Shown here one piece after another: positions 42,599 through 55,364 of a stretch of DNA of 64,000 bases. The stretch is taken from NCBI RefSeq assembly GCF_009914755.1, contig NC_060930.1; one strand, 5' to 3'. The stretch comes from the human T2T-CHM13v2.0 reference genome, Homo sapiens. The notes beneath the pieces were generated by a model. It worked only from the letters and a program-made list of their open reading frames with translations, was not told where the DNA came from and ran no database searches. The position numbers were made by a program, and so were the translations under genes. How positions within the stretch are numbered: position 1 is the first letter of the stretch; the number at the start of each line of letters is the position of its first letter.

Positions 42599-45522
42599 AG
42601 CGGTTACCTCATCTGCACAAAACATGCAAGTATTTGTTTGGACACTGACAGATTCCCACAACAAATTAACATCCTGTCAAGTGTCTTTAATGAAATGCTC
42701 GTTTTTCAAATGAAAGCAATGGGTTAGGGAAGATTTGAATGATGTTTGCGAGCCTTTGATATAACATTTTTATTGAGATTTTTTGTGTGTCCCGATTGAG
42801 GAGAAAGCAACATAATGGCAAAGTTGTCTCTCCTGTCATTTTTCTAATAGAAGAGAATTTTTGTTCAACACAATTTTTAGCGTGAATTGTCAATTACCAT
42901 TCTCCCAGATCTGTTTGGCAGCATGACCTTGGTTGTGGCCTGTTTTGTGGACACGAGGAGATAAAAGATAAAGTAGCATGTGCTTAGTTTGTGATGAATA
43001 GAAGGACACAGGTGGGGACTGGCCTTACAGCACTCACAGTGGCTGAGCTGGGGGTCTGGAGGGAGGGAAAGGGGTCTGCCTTTGCCATGCCAAATATAAG
43101 ATTGCAGCAGGCCACTTACTCAAAAATATTGTGAAAAGAGTAATGCAGGATGCGGGGCTAGAAGAGAGACAGGGTGGGCATCATTCACGCTGGAAGGTAT
43201 TGGGGTGAAGGCAGAAGAGGAGGAGAGGGGATGCAGGATGGGGTAAGGGCAATCCCTCTCTGGGCCTCACGCTCCTGATCTGTAAAATAAGGAGTTTGGA
43301 CTAGACAGGTTCTCTGCTTCACCTGTCTAGCTGGCTCAGAGTGGAGAACAAGGAAGAGGGGCAAGGGAAGAGGAGACCCAGGATGCATCAGAATGGGAGA
43401 TCCTGGCTTGGCGGCACCCCGGAGAGCTTGGAGAGCATCCCCAACGATAGGGATTGAGGCACAATCTGCTCTCAAACTTGTTGAGAAACTGATTGATACG
43501 GAAACACTGCTCTCTGGGGTTTACTTATAAAAAGTAACTCCCCACCCTGCCCCCCGAGAAAGGTGCAACTTCCAGGGTGAGTCACAGAGCCGGTGAGGAT
43601 CCTCCACACTCCGGGGTGTGACACCGCAGACAAGCAAATGCCAGTATCATTCTTCTCGGGGCAATGTTAAAAGTCTGTTCAACTACATTCAAATTCCCAT
43701 TTCAAGTGTAGGCTCCAAAATCACATACCAAAGTGTAACCCTTTATGGCTCCATCCCCCGGAAGAAATACACAAAATTCATAATTGTGCATGCGTGTGCG
43801 TGTTTAACATCAGCGGACACTAAGAAACAATAGGCTTTTCATTATCTTCCTTTTTTTTTTGTTTTTGTTCTTATTCTTTAAAAGGATTATATGCCAGAGA
43901 GTGCAATGGCAGAAGGCAGAAGAGGAGATACAGAACAAGAAGATGGTGGGAGACATTTTGCAATTTATCAAGATATGAGTACAGTTCCCTCTTTGCAAAT
44001 GCCCAAAGCGCCCTACATTGAGCTTCTTAAATTACGAAGTAATGTTCTTAATGGCTACCCTGAGGCAAGGCTATATCTAGAAGAGCAATTTTTAATCATT
44101 AATGTAAAATTATCCTGCTCAGATGATTCCAGTGATTCGAGCCAGGAGTTTGAACGGCCCCAGATGTGCAGCTTCTAGACAGCACATCTGAGGTGGGGTG
44201 GCGGGGCCGGGAGAAAGATGGGACTTATGTTTCAGAAGAGGCCTGCCTTGGCAAAGCCTTGCCCCGGGAATATGTCTTTACTCAGCCCCAACTTAGGAGG
44301 TGGGTCCCCTGTTGCTGTGCCGAGGGCTGGTTGCCTGAGTGTTGTCCATACGCCACTGCAAACTTATGGAAAAGTCTGATTCTGCTATTTAGACTTCCTC
44401 CCCTTTCAGCAACCTACCTCGACTTGGCCCTTCTGGGTTTTGGCAGAGAATAATCTATTATAATCAAAAACACTGTATGATGAATAATACCATCTTTCAT
44501 TTGTGTAGCACCTCATCCATTCCCAAAGTGCATATATATTTTATTAGACACAGTTAATTCTAGATAAAATAAGTAGCTCACTAAGTCAGTAAGTCCCATT
44601 TCCTGACAATTCTGGAAGAAAAGTTCGGTTCTCTTAGCTAGTGGAGGGTCTGAGAGAATCCCTTTAAAATGACTAGATAAAAGAATAAACTGAGGTCTGG
44701 AAGAATGAACTTGCAAATATACCATTTAATGTAAATGAAATGTTTAAAATAAAATTCAACGTAGTGTGTCAGGCACTGAGCCTGCTATAAGGAATAGAAA
44801 ATAGAAGAGTCCCAGCTCCTGAGGGGCACATGGTTTAGTTGGGGTAGGGGGGTGGTGGTTGGACTATACTCAAATTCACTCAACACAAATCAGAGATTAC
44901 ACTAAACCAATGTTCCACTGGTCCAGATCCACTAATTCTTTCCCTGTACCTCACAGCACCAGACCTCTGTGCGAAACCCCCCGGTTCCTGAGCTTCCCTG
45001 TTGCACATGGCTTGCCCCCCAATGAAATCCACGGGGCCTTGTACTTAAAGTCCCAGACCACCCTAGTCTCTGCCTACCCTCCTCCAACCCACCACTCCTT
45101 TGTACGGCAGGCCTCAAGGATTCAGTCTTTCTCCTTTTCTTTGGGAGAGATCTGGGCTCCCCTCCTGTCCCCTGCTTCCTTGCTGTTTTAAGGCTTTTAA
45201 CTGCAGAAAAATTAAAGAGTCAACCAAAGTAGAAACATCTAGAAATGACAAGATGCTGTTTTTCATATGAAGAGGATGGCTGGCCAAAAAAGCAAGCCTG
45301 CCCCTATGGGGAAGACTTCCTGCCCGCCTTCCCTGCAGGAGGCTGGCCCAGGGCTTTGAGGGGAATCATGGTGAACTACAAGTGCTCCCTGCTTTCTGAT
45401 GCCCCCCTAGTGGGGCCAAGGCCCTCCCTGCTCTTGGGGCCTTGACACCCCTACTCTCCCAAGCCTGGTGATCCAGTACTGATGCTTGGTGAGCCCGCCA
45501 ACAGCGCTGCTGCCCCTTCCCT

Positions 45523-46283
45523 TGAGGACTAAGCTCCGATTTTTTATCTTGCCCAGATTCCTATCTAAGGGGTCTGGGGAGTCATGCCCTACCAACCATA
45601 CATTCTCATCAGACGGATTTTATCTGACCCTGTATATCATGACTGACTTTCCAATCTGACTGTGGCATAACAAGGAAGAAAATCAAAATGTTTTACCCCA
45701 AAATAAATCTCCTTGCCATATCTCGAAATTGTCCTGCAAAGTCTCTTGTGGGAAAAATCCATATTCTATAGGAAATATTTCCTTTCCCCTTTGTTTTCCT
45801 TCCTTCCTTCCCAGATCCAGGAGATAATCAACTAAGAGCCAGGTACCCTTTTAGGTCCGATAAGAAACATTTTACAACCTGCTCTCTCTCTCTCTGAAGT
45901 CTGCTATCTGAGAGATTCCTCTGCACAATAAAACTTGGTCCCCACAGTTCTGTATCTTAACATGAACCTTCCTTTCCATTAATCCCAGGTCTCCAGATAA
46001 ACCCAACCAATTGTCAGTCAGAAAATGTTTAAATTTACCTATAGCCTGGAAGCCCCCACTTTGAGTTGTCTCACCTTTCTGAACCAAACCAATGTATTTT
46101 TAAAATGTCTTTGATTGAGTCTCATGCCTTCCTAAAACATATAAAACCAAGCTGTACCCCGACCACCTTGAACACATGTTCTCAGGGTCTCCTGAGGGCT
46201 GTGTCATGGGCCATGGTCACTCATATTTGGCTCAGAATAAATCTCTTCAAATATTTTACAGAGTTTGACTCTTTTAGTCAGCA
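45523..46283 (+). mobile_element. ERV1 solo LTR (MER4E-like)
   Basis: 'tgaggactaagctccgattttttatcttgccc...ggctcagaataaatctcttcaaatattttacagagtttgactctttt..cagca'; 4-bp TSD CCCT at 45519-45522 and 46284-46287. Confidence 0.92.
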
Positions 46284-47749
46284 CCCTTTAATCACCAAGG
46301 CTTCCAAGCACACTCCCATTTGGGAACCATGCTGTAATGGGGCCCAGACCCTGTCTTCAGGTGATCTGAATTGGCGCTTCTGAGAAAGCAATTTGGGAGA
46401 ATGATTTCCCCCCTCGAACCCAAGCCTTCCTTCTCTGGCTCCCTGGCTGAGGCCAAAGTATAGCCCAGACCTGCTTCCAGATCTATCCTCCTCCTGCAGT
46501 CGCTCCAGCCACTCCACCACTCCGCCAGGGCCAAACTGCACTTCTTCCAGCCTGATACCCTCTTTCCTGCTGGGCTCTACCGGTCTGTCTTCTGCGGTGA
46601 GCAACCCTCACCTAACTGTCACAGGCCAAGGGCATAGTTCACCACCTTGTTTTCTCTGTCAACAGCTCTTCCTTCAGACGATCACAATGCACATCTGTGT
46701 TTTAAACCTAAGGCCCTCTAATTTTTACTCTATTTCCAACCACTAATTAAAAATGGACTCCTCCTCTCTTCTTCCCTCTTTCTTAGTATATTCCCTTACA
46801 GTTTATCATGACGATCTGTGAGAATAATTGTCGTAGAGGGCTTTGGAGGGACCATTTCTGCATGTAGATGGACTGGGGCTGTCAGTGAAACCTGGATGGT
46901 TATAAGCTTTCTATTTTAATGAATTTATACGAGTACAAATATATCGCTTCAGAGCCACCTTTTGTTTGCCTCAAGAAATAGCCAATTCATGTTACATTTT
47001 TAAAAAGGTCTTCCACTATTAATTAAAAGGAATGATTTGGGGTGGGGTAGGGTGCGAGTGTGGCAGAGATTGGTTGTGACCACCTTCAGCTTATTAACTT
47101 CCACTTCCAGCAGGTTCCCAGGGGGGCCACCTATTAAAGACTGAGAGGACATTGCTTTTCCAAACCTCCTCTCTTTTTACTGCTCGGCTCATCTCCTCAG
47201 CTTGGGACCTCAGCGGGCAAGGGCAGAGTAGGAGGGAGGGCCCCGAGGGGTGGCGGACAGGCTGGTAGTCCAAGACGGTCTGGAATGGAATAGAATATGA
47301 AGAGAAATGCAGCCCACCCACTCCTTCGGGGAGAGGAGAGTGCTGGTGGAGAAACTCGGGGCCTGAATTTTTCTTGAGGAATCTAAGAAGATCCTTTGGC
47401 TTCAAGGCAGATGGAACCTGGATGGTTTAGGGGAGGAATGGGACTTGACAGCGGCGCTCAAAGCTTCTGGGCAGGGCTTTGATCTAATTGACAGAAGTGA
47501 AAATAGTAGACCTTGGCTCCTCTCTGCTCCCATCTCTCTCCTGCTCAAAGTCCTTGGTCAGGCACTGTTCGTTCCTTCCAGCCCAAAGACTTGGGAAAGT
47601 AATTTCTGCAGACCCCTCCAGAGCTGTTTCTGACCCCACAGACAATCTGGTGGGTGAAGAAACCTGAATTAGCGGAGACTTTCCACAATAGCCCTCAATC
47701 ACTTCTCTTCAGCTCAGTTCCAGACCCTTTACAAAGTGCGTGAAGGCAC

Positions 47750-48730
47750 CATTCCCCAAAGCGCAGAAAGAAGGCGCAGCCTGCCAGCAGGACAGGACAT
47801 GTGAAATCAGGGACGTCTGGGGAAACCCTCTAAGGTGATCCTCGCCCCTGGCCTAGAAGTCTAGGGAGGCGGAGGTCCCCATACACCCACCTCGGGGGGT
47901 ACCTCAGGAACAGAGTAACCGTCCCGCGGGGCCGGCTGGTGGAGTGGGGCCGTTCCTAACGGCTGCCTCCGTCCTGCCTCGCGGTCTAGGGAAGGGGTCT
48001 CGGCCACCTCCTCCCGCAGCCTTCCAAATCAAGATGGACTCGCAGGAGACTACACCCTGCGTCTGCAGAACCTCAGAATACAGAACCACCAGGGGTTCCT
48101 GGCCCATGGCCCTGGGAGGATTGCTGTTGGGGAGATGGGAAGGAATCTAGGGAGGCCGAGGCCCGCAACAACCATCCCCGAGGACCTCAGAGCACAGTCT
48201 TCCCCCCTCGGGGTTGGCAGGGGCAGCCTGGCGCGGGGTGGGGAGAGGGGCCGGGGCGGGGCCGGGGCGAGGGGGCGGGGCCGGGGCGTAGAGGGCCACC
48301 AGGTCCCTCCCCACACGCCCGCTGTCCACGCGCTGCGGCCTTGGAGTAACTGCTGTTCTTAAAGGCTGCCTCCGTCCTGCCGCGCGGCCTTTAGAGGGTT
48401 GGAGCTGGCAGAACCGTAACTCCCTCTCTGAGGGTGAATACGGGCCTTGATTGCCAGAAGGGCCCTCGGCCGGGGACGCGGGATGATGCGGGGCCGGGAG
48501 ATGCTTTCCTGGAGGCTGAGAAACCTGGAGGGAGACCCCCAAAACTTCTCAGTTCGCCGACCCCTTGGTCCCAGAGGGAGAGGAGGTGGGCTGTGCCTCA
48601 GCAGGGTCGCAGGCATTGCAGGGGCATCACGTTAGTCAGAGCATGTTGGCATGGAGGCCACTCAGCCCAGGGAGGCAGGACTCACGCCCCAAATGGAAGG
48701 CACGCAGTCGTGCCTGCCTAGAGGCGTTAA
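47750..48730. promoter_or_regulatory. CpG island with clustered GC boxes (promoter-like, no coding gene attached)
   Basis: High CpG density relative to flanks; GGGGCGGGG repeats at 48247-48288. Confidence 0.75.
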
Positions 48731-49246
48731 TATTGTGCCACACTTTGGGGGTGAGGATCTGGCAACTTTATACCTTTTTGAGTTGTCTTTTCAAGTCTGT
48801 AGTATCAGCCCACAGCTTGGTTCCTGTGAAGTGAGCTTGCTGTGACTGCTTCTTCAGGGACAACTGTGGTCATCTTGGGGAGATGCCTTGGGGTCTGTGG
48901 CAAGAGGCAAAAAGGAGAATGTGTGATACTCAGAATGCATTAAAGCGTGCTCTTACAGAGCAGAAGTCAGTGGCTGCTCACCAGAGAGGGGCCTGGGGGT
49001 TGAGAAAAGCAAAAAAATGGATGGGCTTCTATCAGATTTCAACACTGATGAACTCCAGTTGGGGGGCAGGTGCCAGCCAGGGCTATTAAATAATAACAGG
49101 AGGGGCTGCCATAGGATGACAGGATGGGGGAGGGTGGGGAGGGGAAGAGGAAGGGGACGTGCTCCAAGAAGGCACCCAGCACCAGTGGTCTCATTAGCTT
49201 TTTGCTATCAGTCCTCAACTACATTTGGGGGACAGTTCCTGACCAG

Positions 49247-49289
49247 GCAATCTGTCAGCAAAGGGGTGCTGCAATCTGTCAGCAAAGGG
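49247..49289. repeat. 19-bp direct repeat, period 24
   Basis: gcaatctgtcagcaaaggg at 49247-49265 and 49271-49289. Confidence 0.9.
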
Positions 49290-51603
49290 AAGAGGGGAAG
49301 TTTGGGGTCTTAACTGGCTCTCTACTAAGATACCCAGAGGAATGCCTTCATTTGCATAATAAACCAGAGGAAAATTTGAGTCTGCCCCTGAGTTCCAAAG
49401 GTTCTGGGTACCAGGGCTTGAATCCAGCAGTGTGACTATTCGTGCCTCAGTTTTTTCATCCTGAAATTTGGAAAGTCGTTCTTTCCATTGTGATATTCTC
49501 TAGCTAGAACCCAGAGAGGATAAGAAACTGCCTCATGGTAGCCTCCCAGGGGAGAAGGTTCTAGTAGGAGATGGCCTCAGAGCAAGGACTTCCAGCCTCC
49601 CATCCTCTGGTGGTCTGGGAGGATCACAGGATGTCAAGGCCTTGCTCCTGTGGCCTTGATTCAGATTAGCTGTGGTTCAAGACTGCCTGTGTGGCACATG
49701 TGGATACGTGCAAGGTCGCTGAGGCAGTGCTGTGCCCTTAAAGTTTATCTGCTTTTCCAACCCAAAAGCAGACTCCCTAAAGGGTAGGGAATGCCTCATT
49801 ACTCACTGGGCCCTCCTGCAGCTCCTGGCATGGAACTGACACATAGTTGGCACTGGCAATGCACATACTTACTAGATGTTAAAGAAGTCCAGAACCAGAA
49901 CCAGAGGCACATAAATAGGATCTGCATCAGCAGTGGGTTAGAGAAAGGGTGGGAAACTAAGTGAAATCTTAGAATGCATCCAAGGAAGTAGATCAATTTG
50001 AGCTTTAACTACTGGAGAATGGCCCCTGAGAAGGCCCCATTTGTTCACACGTATAGCTAATTGTATATACCTTTGAGGAATGCAAGAGCCGGCAGGAAAT
50101 TCCCCTCCTCCTGAACCACAGAGTATTTCTGGGTGGGCATCGATTGTCTATGGGCCATGGCGTAAGACCCCCACCCCCCGACCCCCCGGCAACAAAAGTA
50201 TCTTCTTGCTCCCTAAAAAAAAATGTATGGAGACTACATATCCTTGCCTGTCTAGTCAGCCTTGGTTAATTTCATAAAGTAAAGGGGCCCTGAGCCTGCC
50301 TGCCCGGCCGAGTTTAGAGTTGAAAGGGAAACGTCTTTGAGGTGGAAACCAATTGCATGGATCAAATGGTCCTGATGGTGCATAGAGCCTTAGGTTTGGA
50401 AAGAAGTGAAGGGCCTTGCCGCCTTGCTGGGGACTTGAGCCTCTCAGCCATTGGTGCTCTCTGGAGCTGCCCGCCCACCAGGGGCAATGGCCCTTGTTGG
50501 CCTCCAGGCCCCCTCCTTCCCTGGATGCTGTGCTGTTCTCCTCTTGGTCTTGTTTCATTGGCTGTGGCAGAAACTTTGGTCCCAACAAGGCCCAGGAAAC
50601 AGACCCTAGCAAAGACCTGAGGCAACTGGGTGCCCCAGGACCACAGGAACTCATGTGTGCTGTGAGGGCTTTAAGAGCTTTGAAGTGGGGAGTCTCTGAC
50701 GTGGATCAGGGCTATGGGTGCTGATGCTGTCAATAAGCCACACGCAAAGGTTGGGTCAATATGACTGCTTCTCAGACCCTCTTCGGAGGCAGACTCTCCC
50801 TCACCTGCCTGGCCAAATTCCCTCTGGGCAGAAGGACCCTAGGGAGCTTTTCCTGGCCCATGTGGCAGAGGCCCAGGCTCCCACTCAGACAATGACCCCT
50901 TGCTTTGCCCACTGAAAGAAGTCCCCAGAAGATGAGCTCTGTTACAAGCAGAACAGAAAAGAAACAGTGGGATTAGGGCTCCAAAAACCCTCCAGAACTA
51001 TCAGAGAATTCTGGACAGTGGTCCCTGATGGCATCTGTGTTAGGGGCTGGGAACAAGAACCCCTCTCACAGGCACCTCTACAGGCGGGGTTAAGACTGTC
51101 AAATACTGGCCGAGGCCAAGGGAGACTCTGTCATGTCTGAGGCCATAGGCATGTTTTCTTCTGGACTTCAGCGAGAGGCAGAGCCCCCAGCCCCATGCAG
51201 TCACCTCAGCTCTGCCTGAGAAGAAGCGAGGGAAGCCCATTCCTCCCCATCAGTTGGCCTCTGGGGAGGCAAAGTCAAGTATGTGATGGTTCCTTACCTG
51301 TGCAGGGAAAATGGAACTTGGGAGTCAGCTGTCTGAAGGCATCACGCCTTGTATGACCCTTGCAAGCCCAAGCTACCTACCTGTTCCTGTACAGAAACCC
51401 TCCCTGGCCTCATCCTGTGGGTGGCAAACCCACATATTCAGTTATTGCTGTTTTCTTCCTTCCTTGGATACTTGTCTCCAATAAATATTTACAGTGGGAC
51501 CCACAGATGAACCTTAGCCCCAAACATAAGATAGCTATGTCAAAAGGGGTCCTGGGACAGTGATACCCCAGGGGGGTCAGGCAAAAACAGAAGCAAGCCT
51601 CTT

Positions 51604-51980
51604 GGCCACCTCCTCCCTTAGCCTTCTGCGTAAAGATGGACTTGCAGGAGGAGAACACACCCTGCAACTACAGAACCTCATGGTACGGAACCACCAGGGG
51701 ATCCTCGCCCACGGCCCTGGGTGGAATTGATGTTGGGAAGATAGATTAGTAGTGAGGCGCATCACCCCACTGTGACTCACCTTCTTCTGCCCCCACGCCT
51801 GTCCTTCAGACCATCTCCCTGCTGCGGCAGAGCCACTGAGTTCAGGGAGCAACTGTGGGCAGATGAAATTGGGCTGTGGTGGGTGTGGGAATCCCTGTGG
51901 ACTTCCAAAAGCACTTCGGTTTCTGCCCTGCTTGGCGTGGTTCCAGAACCCAGGGTGGTGGCGAGGTGGGAGCTGGCAGA
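51604..51980. repeat. Diverged local duplicate of the CpG-island module at 48002-48412
   Basis: Collinear blocks: ggccacctcctcc, aagatggact.gcaggag, acaccctgc, cagaacctca, gaaccaccagggg.tcct.gccca.ggccctggg, ggagctggcaga. Confidence 0.85.
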
Positions 51981-54900
51981 GCGCAGGGAAGAAGTTCCAG
52001 GATCAGAGCTCACCTTTCTGTTCTTCACCCTGATCTGTTCTTCCCTGATCAGTCCTCCCAGACTGCACTGGAGAGTGAGGCCTTTGCCTGTTCGGATTTG
52101 CTGCCTCGTGTGTTTCAAGCTGCCCACACTTCACAGGCTGCTTCGAAGCCCTCCCTACCCACCCCGTGAGAAACGCCCCTGGGGAGAGGCAGAGATGGGT
52201 CTTTTAGTCTTGCAGCCCTTGTTTGTTTAAAATGTCAGGCTGACTTCTTCTCAATCCCAGAAATATTTTACTGGCATGGCTTCAGCAAACATGACTCAAA
52301 GCCTAGAAGGACATGGCCAGATCTCACTGAGTGACCATTTAGTCCAACCTGAGGACTGATGTTAGGAGGAAAAATTCTTTCTCCAGGTCAAATTAGACTT
52401 CTGCAGATCAAATAGAATACCAAGAGAAGGAGGCACTTTGGCCAGGATGGGGAGGGGCTAAAGAGCAGGAAACAAGCTTGGGGCGAGCTGGAAATATGTG
52501 TAACACAGGCTTGTAGGAGCACAGGCTTCCAGTGGCGGGGAAATCTCCAATTGGGTGTGTAGTAAAGACTTAAACCTGTTAAAATAAATTGATTAGCCAA
52601 AGATCTCTGCTCAGTGCTCTTTAAACTCTAACATCTGTTCCCAGTAAATAATTCACATAGCAGATATTAACTAGGAGGCTTAAAAGGAGGAGATGGCAGC
52701 TTAAAACATGCACTGAGATGCCTCTTTGCCTAAGAAATGCACACCCAAACCCACACCCAGGTGTTAAGGAAAAAGTGCTGATGGTGCTGCTTCCTCCTTC
52801 TGTCCCTTGTTCCAGGCTGCACACCTGGTCCTACCCCTGTCCCTAGTAGGCTGGCATCTTCACAGCTCCTTCCTCCCACCCCAGGACAAGGGCCCCTGGA
52901 ACACTGGCCCGCAGCCACAATAAGGGTGTCCATGGATTCCTAGGACTACAAGTGGTGGAAGGCAGCCCCTTCTCCAACCCTCCCTGTCACACATACACCC
53001 TCCCCTGCAGCAGGCAGACAGCTCTTGTTTGCTGAGGCTCTGCTGGAGTCCTCCTTACCTGTCCCTCACCAAGGGACAGATGCACCTCCGATAATGGGCA
53101 GAAGTTGGGTGTCAGTGATGGGAAGATTCTAGACCACTCCCTAGGAGATAGCCCCTTCTCTTCCCTTAAGCATCTCCCTCCCGACTTGGTTTTCTGGATA
53201 TTCCAAGAATATCCTTTTCCTTGCCTCCTTTGCTCAGCAGTTTCCTGCGGAGTTCCAGTGTCTTCAGCAGATCACCATTGCTTTCAACTTTGGAAGGAGC
53301 AGGCCTTCTGGGGACACCCAAGACATTCCTGGGCAGAGTAGGTGGCTAGCTTCTCCAGGTAGGGCAGCCCAGCTCCTGTCTGCATGGAGTTGGAGCTGCC
53401 ACCACCAGGCCTGGTCAGGGGCCCAGGGTAAAGCTAGTTCATACTGTCTTTTCTGGGTGAATAGTTCGAGCTCACTGAGACTACCTGGGAATTGAGAAGA
53501 TGCACAGGAAAAGTACTTTATACCCTCGGATGTCTACTCTCTATCAAACATTGCAAGAGTTTTGTAAGGACAGGGTGGCCTGGCTCCACACTCACTGGCA
53601 GGTGCTGCCCTCAAGGGGCTGCTCCTCCTTTCAGGTAGAAGAGGGTTTCTCAGGTTCTGCTGGTGAACCAAGGTCGCTGAGTACCATCTTCATTGGCACT
53701 GTAGCCCGTTTGACCCAAGGCTAGAATCCAGCCCGGGCGGGGACAATGCTTTCTGGCTGGCACCCAAAGCAACAGGTGGGAGAGCTCTGGTGGGAGTCAT
53801 GTGTCTGCCCAGGTGAAAAGATTCCAGAAATTACCCACACATCATTTTCTCCGTGAATTACCTGAGCATTAATTCCTGAAAGCTTTGATCTCCAAAAGGG
53901 CCTGGCTTGATTCTTTCAGAATCTCTCAGTGCTATGTTATTGCAATAGCCATTTTCCTTCTGATCAGAGGTCATTGGAATAGAACAGAACTGTATGGAGT
54001 TCTCTTGGATTGAGAAGTGGAAGAGTCACTGTGCACTCTCTTATTCCACATTTCAGAGCCAAAATCCAGAAAGAAGGGGCAGTAACCCTCATAGGTACTT
54101 CACTCCTGGGAAACCCCCTCTTCACTAGAGGTTGAGTCAGAGACCTAGTGAGTTCCTTGGACTCCCGCAGGCAGGGCTTAGTGGTTGGTGATCAGTGCGG
54201 ATGGGCAGGAGGGTGGACTAAGCAGAGTCACAGTGGGCTTACTAATCTGTGCAGGGCTGCTGTGGCATGGGGGTAGAAGCTAGCTGGCTTCATTTTTGAA
54301 GAACTTTTAAGTCCATGAGACTCTGGCTTTCAACAAGGGTGTAGGATGGCCAGGGAAGTATGCCGGGCCTTGGCATTTCTATGTTAGTTGGAAGGATCAG
54401 GCTCGAGGCATCTAAACACAGACTTGGGCAGGTGCTGTGAAGAGAAGGACCATCTAACATTAGAAACTTCAGTGGAGGTGGTGAAGGATATGCAGTCTCC
54501 TTGGGGATAGAGGACAGAACTTCTTTCCTAGGGCGGAAAGGAGGGGGTCCCTTGGCTGGAGGGCAATGTGGCCTCTCTGGGCAGAGTGGGTTGTCCTTGG
54601 CTGGAAGGAAGGCTGAGGGGTAGCTGGGATGGGGCTCCAGACTCGGTCACATGTCCTGTCATTTAGAATGGCAGCTGTGGAAACCTCCATCTGACCAGTA
54701 TTTGGAGAGACTTTAGATGGATGATGGGCTCAGTGGCCGATGGCCAAGTTAAGTGGCTCTCTTATCCACAGGGATCAGCATTTCTTAGCCTCTATTGAGA
54801 GGTGCCCTTACTCCAAGAGCAGAACACATGAAGTGAATGAGAAACTAGAACCCTTCTCCATGCATCCAGCAAGAAAGCATTGCCTGGCACACATTCCCGG

Positions 54901-55364
54901 ACATGGTGGGGGCATGCCTCTGGAAGCCAGAGGTGGGCTTAGCTAGGCAAGTGTGGATTGGTCAAAAGCCAAACTGTCCTGACCCTTGCCTGTCCCCCTT
55001 GCTGCGACCCAGAGGCTTACTTTCTCTCTCCAGTTACTGGTAGGAGGCATCTGAGTGTCCAGCTAAGGGTAAGCATGGCATCTGCAAAGGCAGAGTGTAG
55101 GGCTATAACCATGTAATCAGTGAGAGAGGGGGTAAAGGCCTCTGCATCCTGCTTCTTCTCCATCAGTGCATGCTGAACCCAAGGTCTCCTGGTCTCAGAG
55201 GGGCCAGTGCCGGGAGTGAGTGCTTTCCTGTTGTTATTTCTAGATTGGCTAGAAATGCAGGCAGGGCCAAGAGCACGTGTCTCATAAATACACGTTCCTC
55301 TCCCCCACCGCCTGCCATCCTACCCCGGGCTTCCCAGGCCTCTTCTCAAGGCCTCTATGAAGTG

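Noticed and set aside
46889-47427. 13-bp direct repeat aacctggatggtt (46889, 47415) as a possible TSD of another retrocopy
   Set aside because: There is no poly(A/T) tail, the L1 endonuclease context is poor, and the enclosed sequence is unrecognised.
47904-48107. ORF begins MGQE, like recalled PJA1 (MGQESSK); faint PJA1-like words also near 51060-51410 on the minus strand
   Set aside because: Only four residues match and no RING domain or extended homology was found. This is not enough to call a PJA1 relic or assign the locus. A BLASTN search would settle it.
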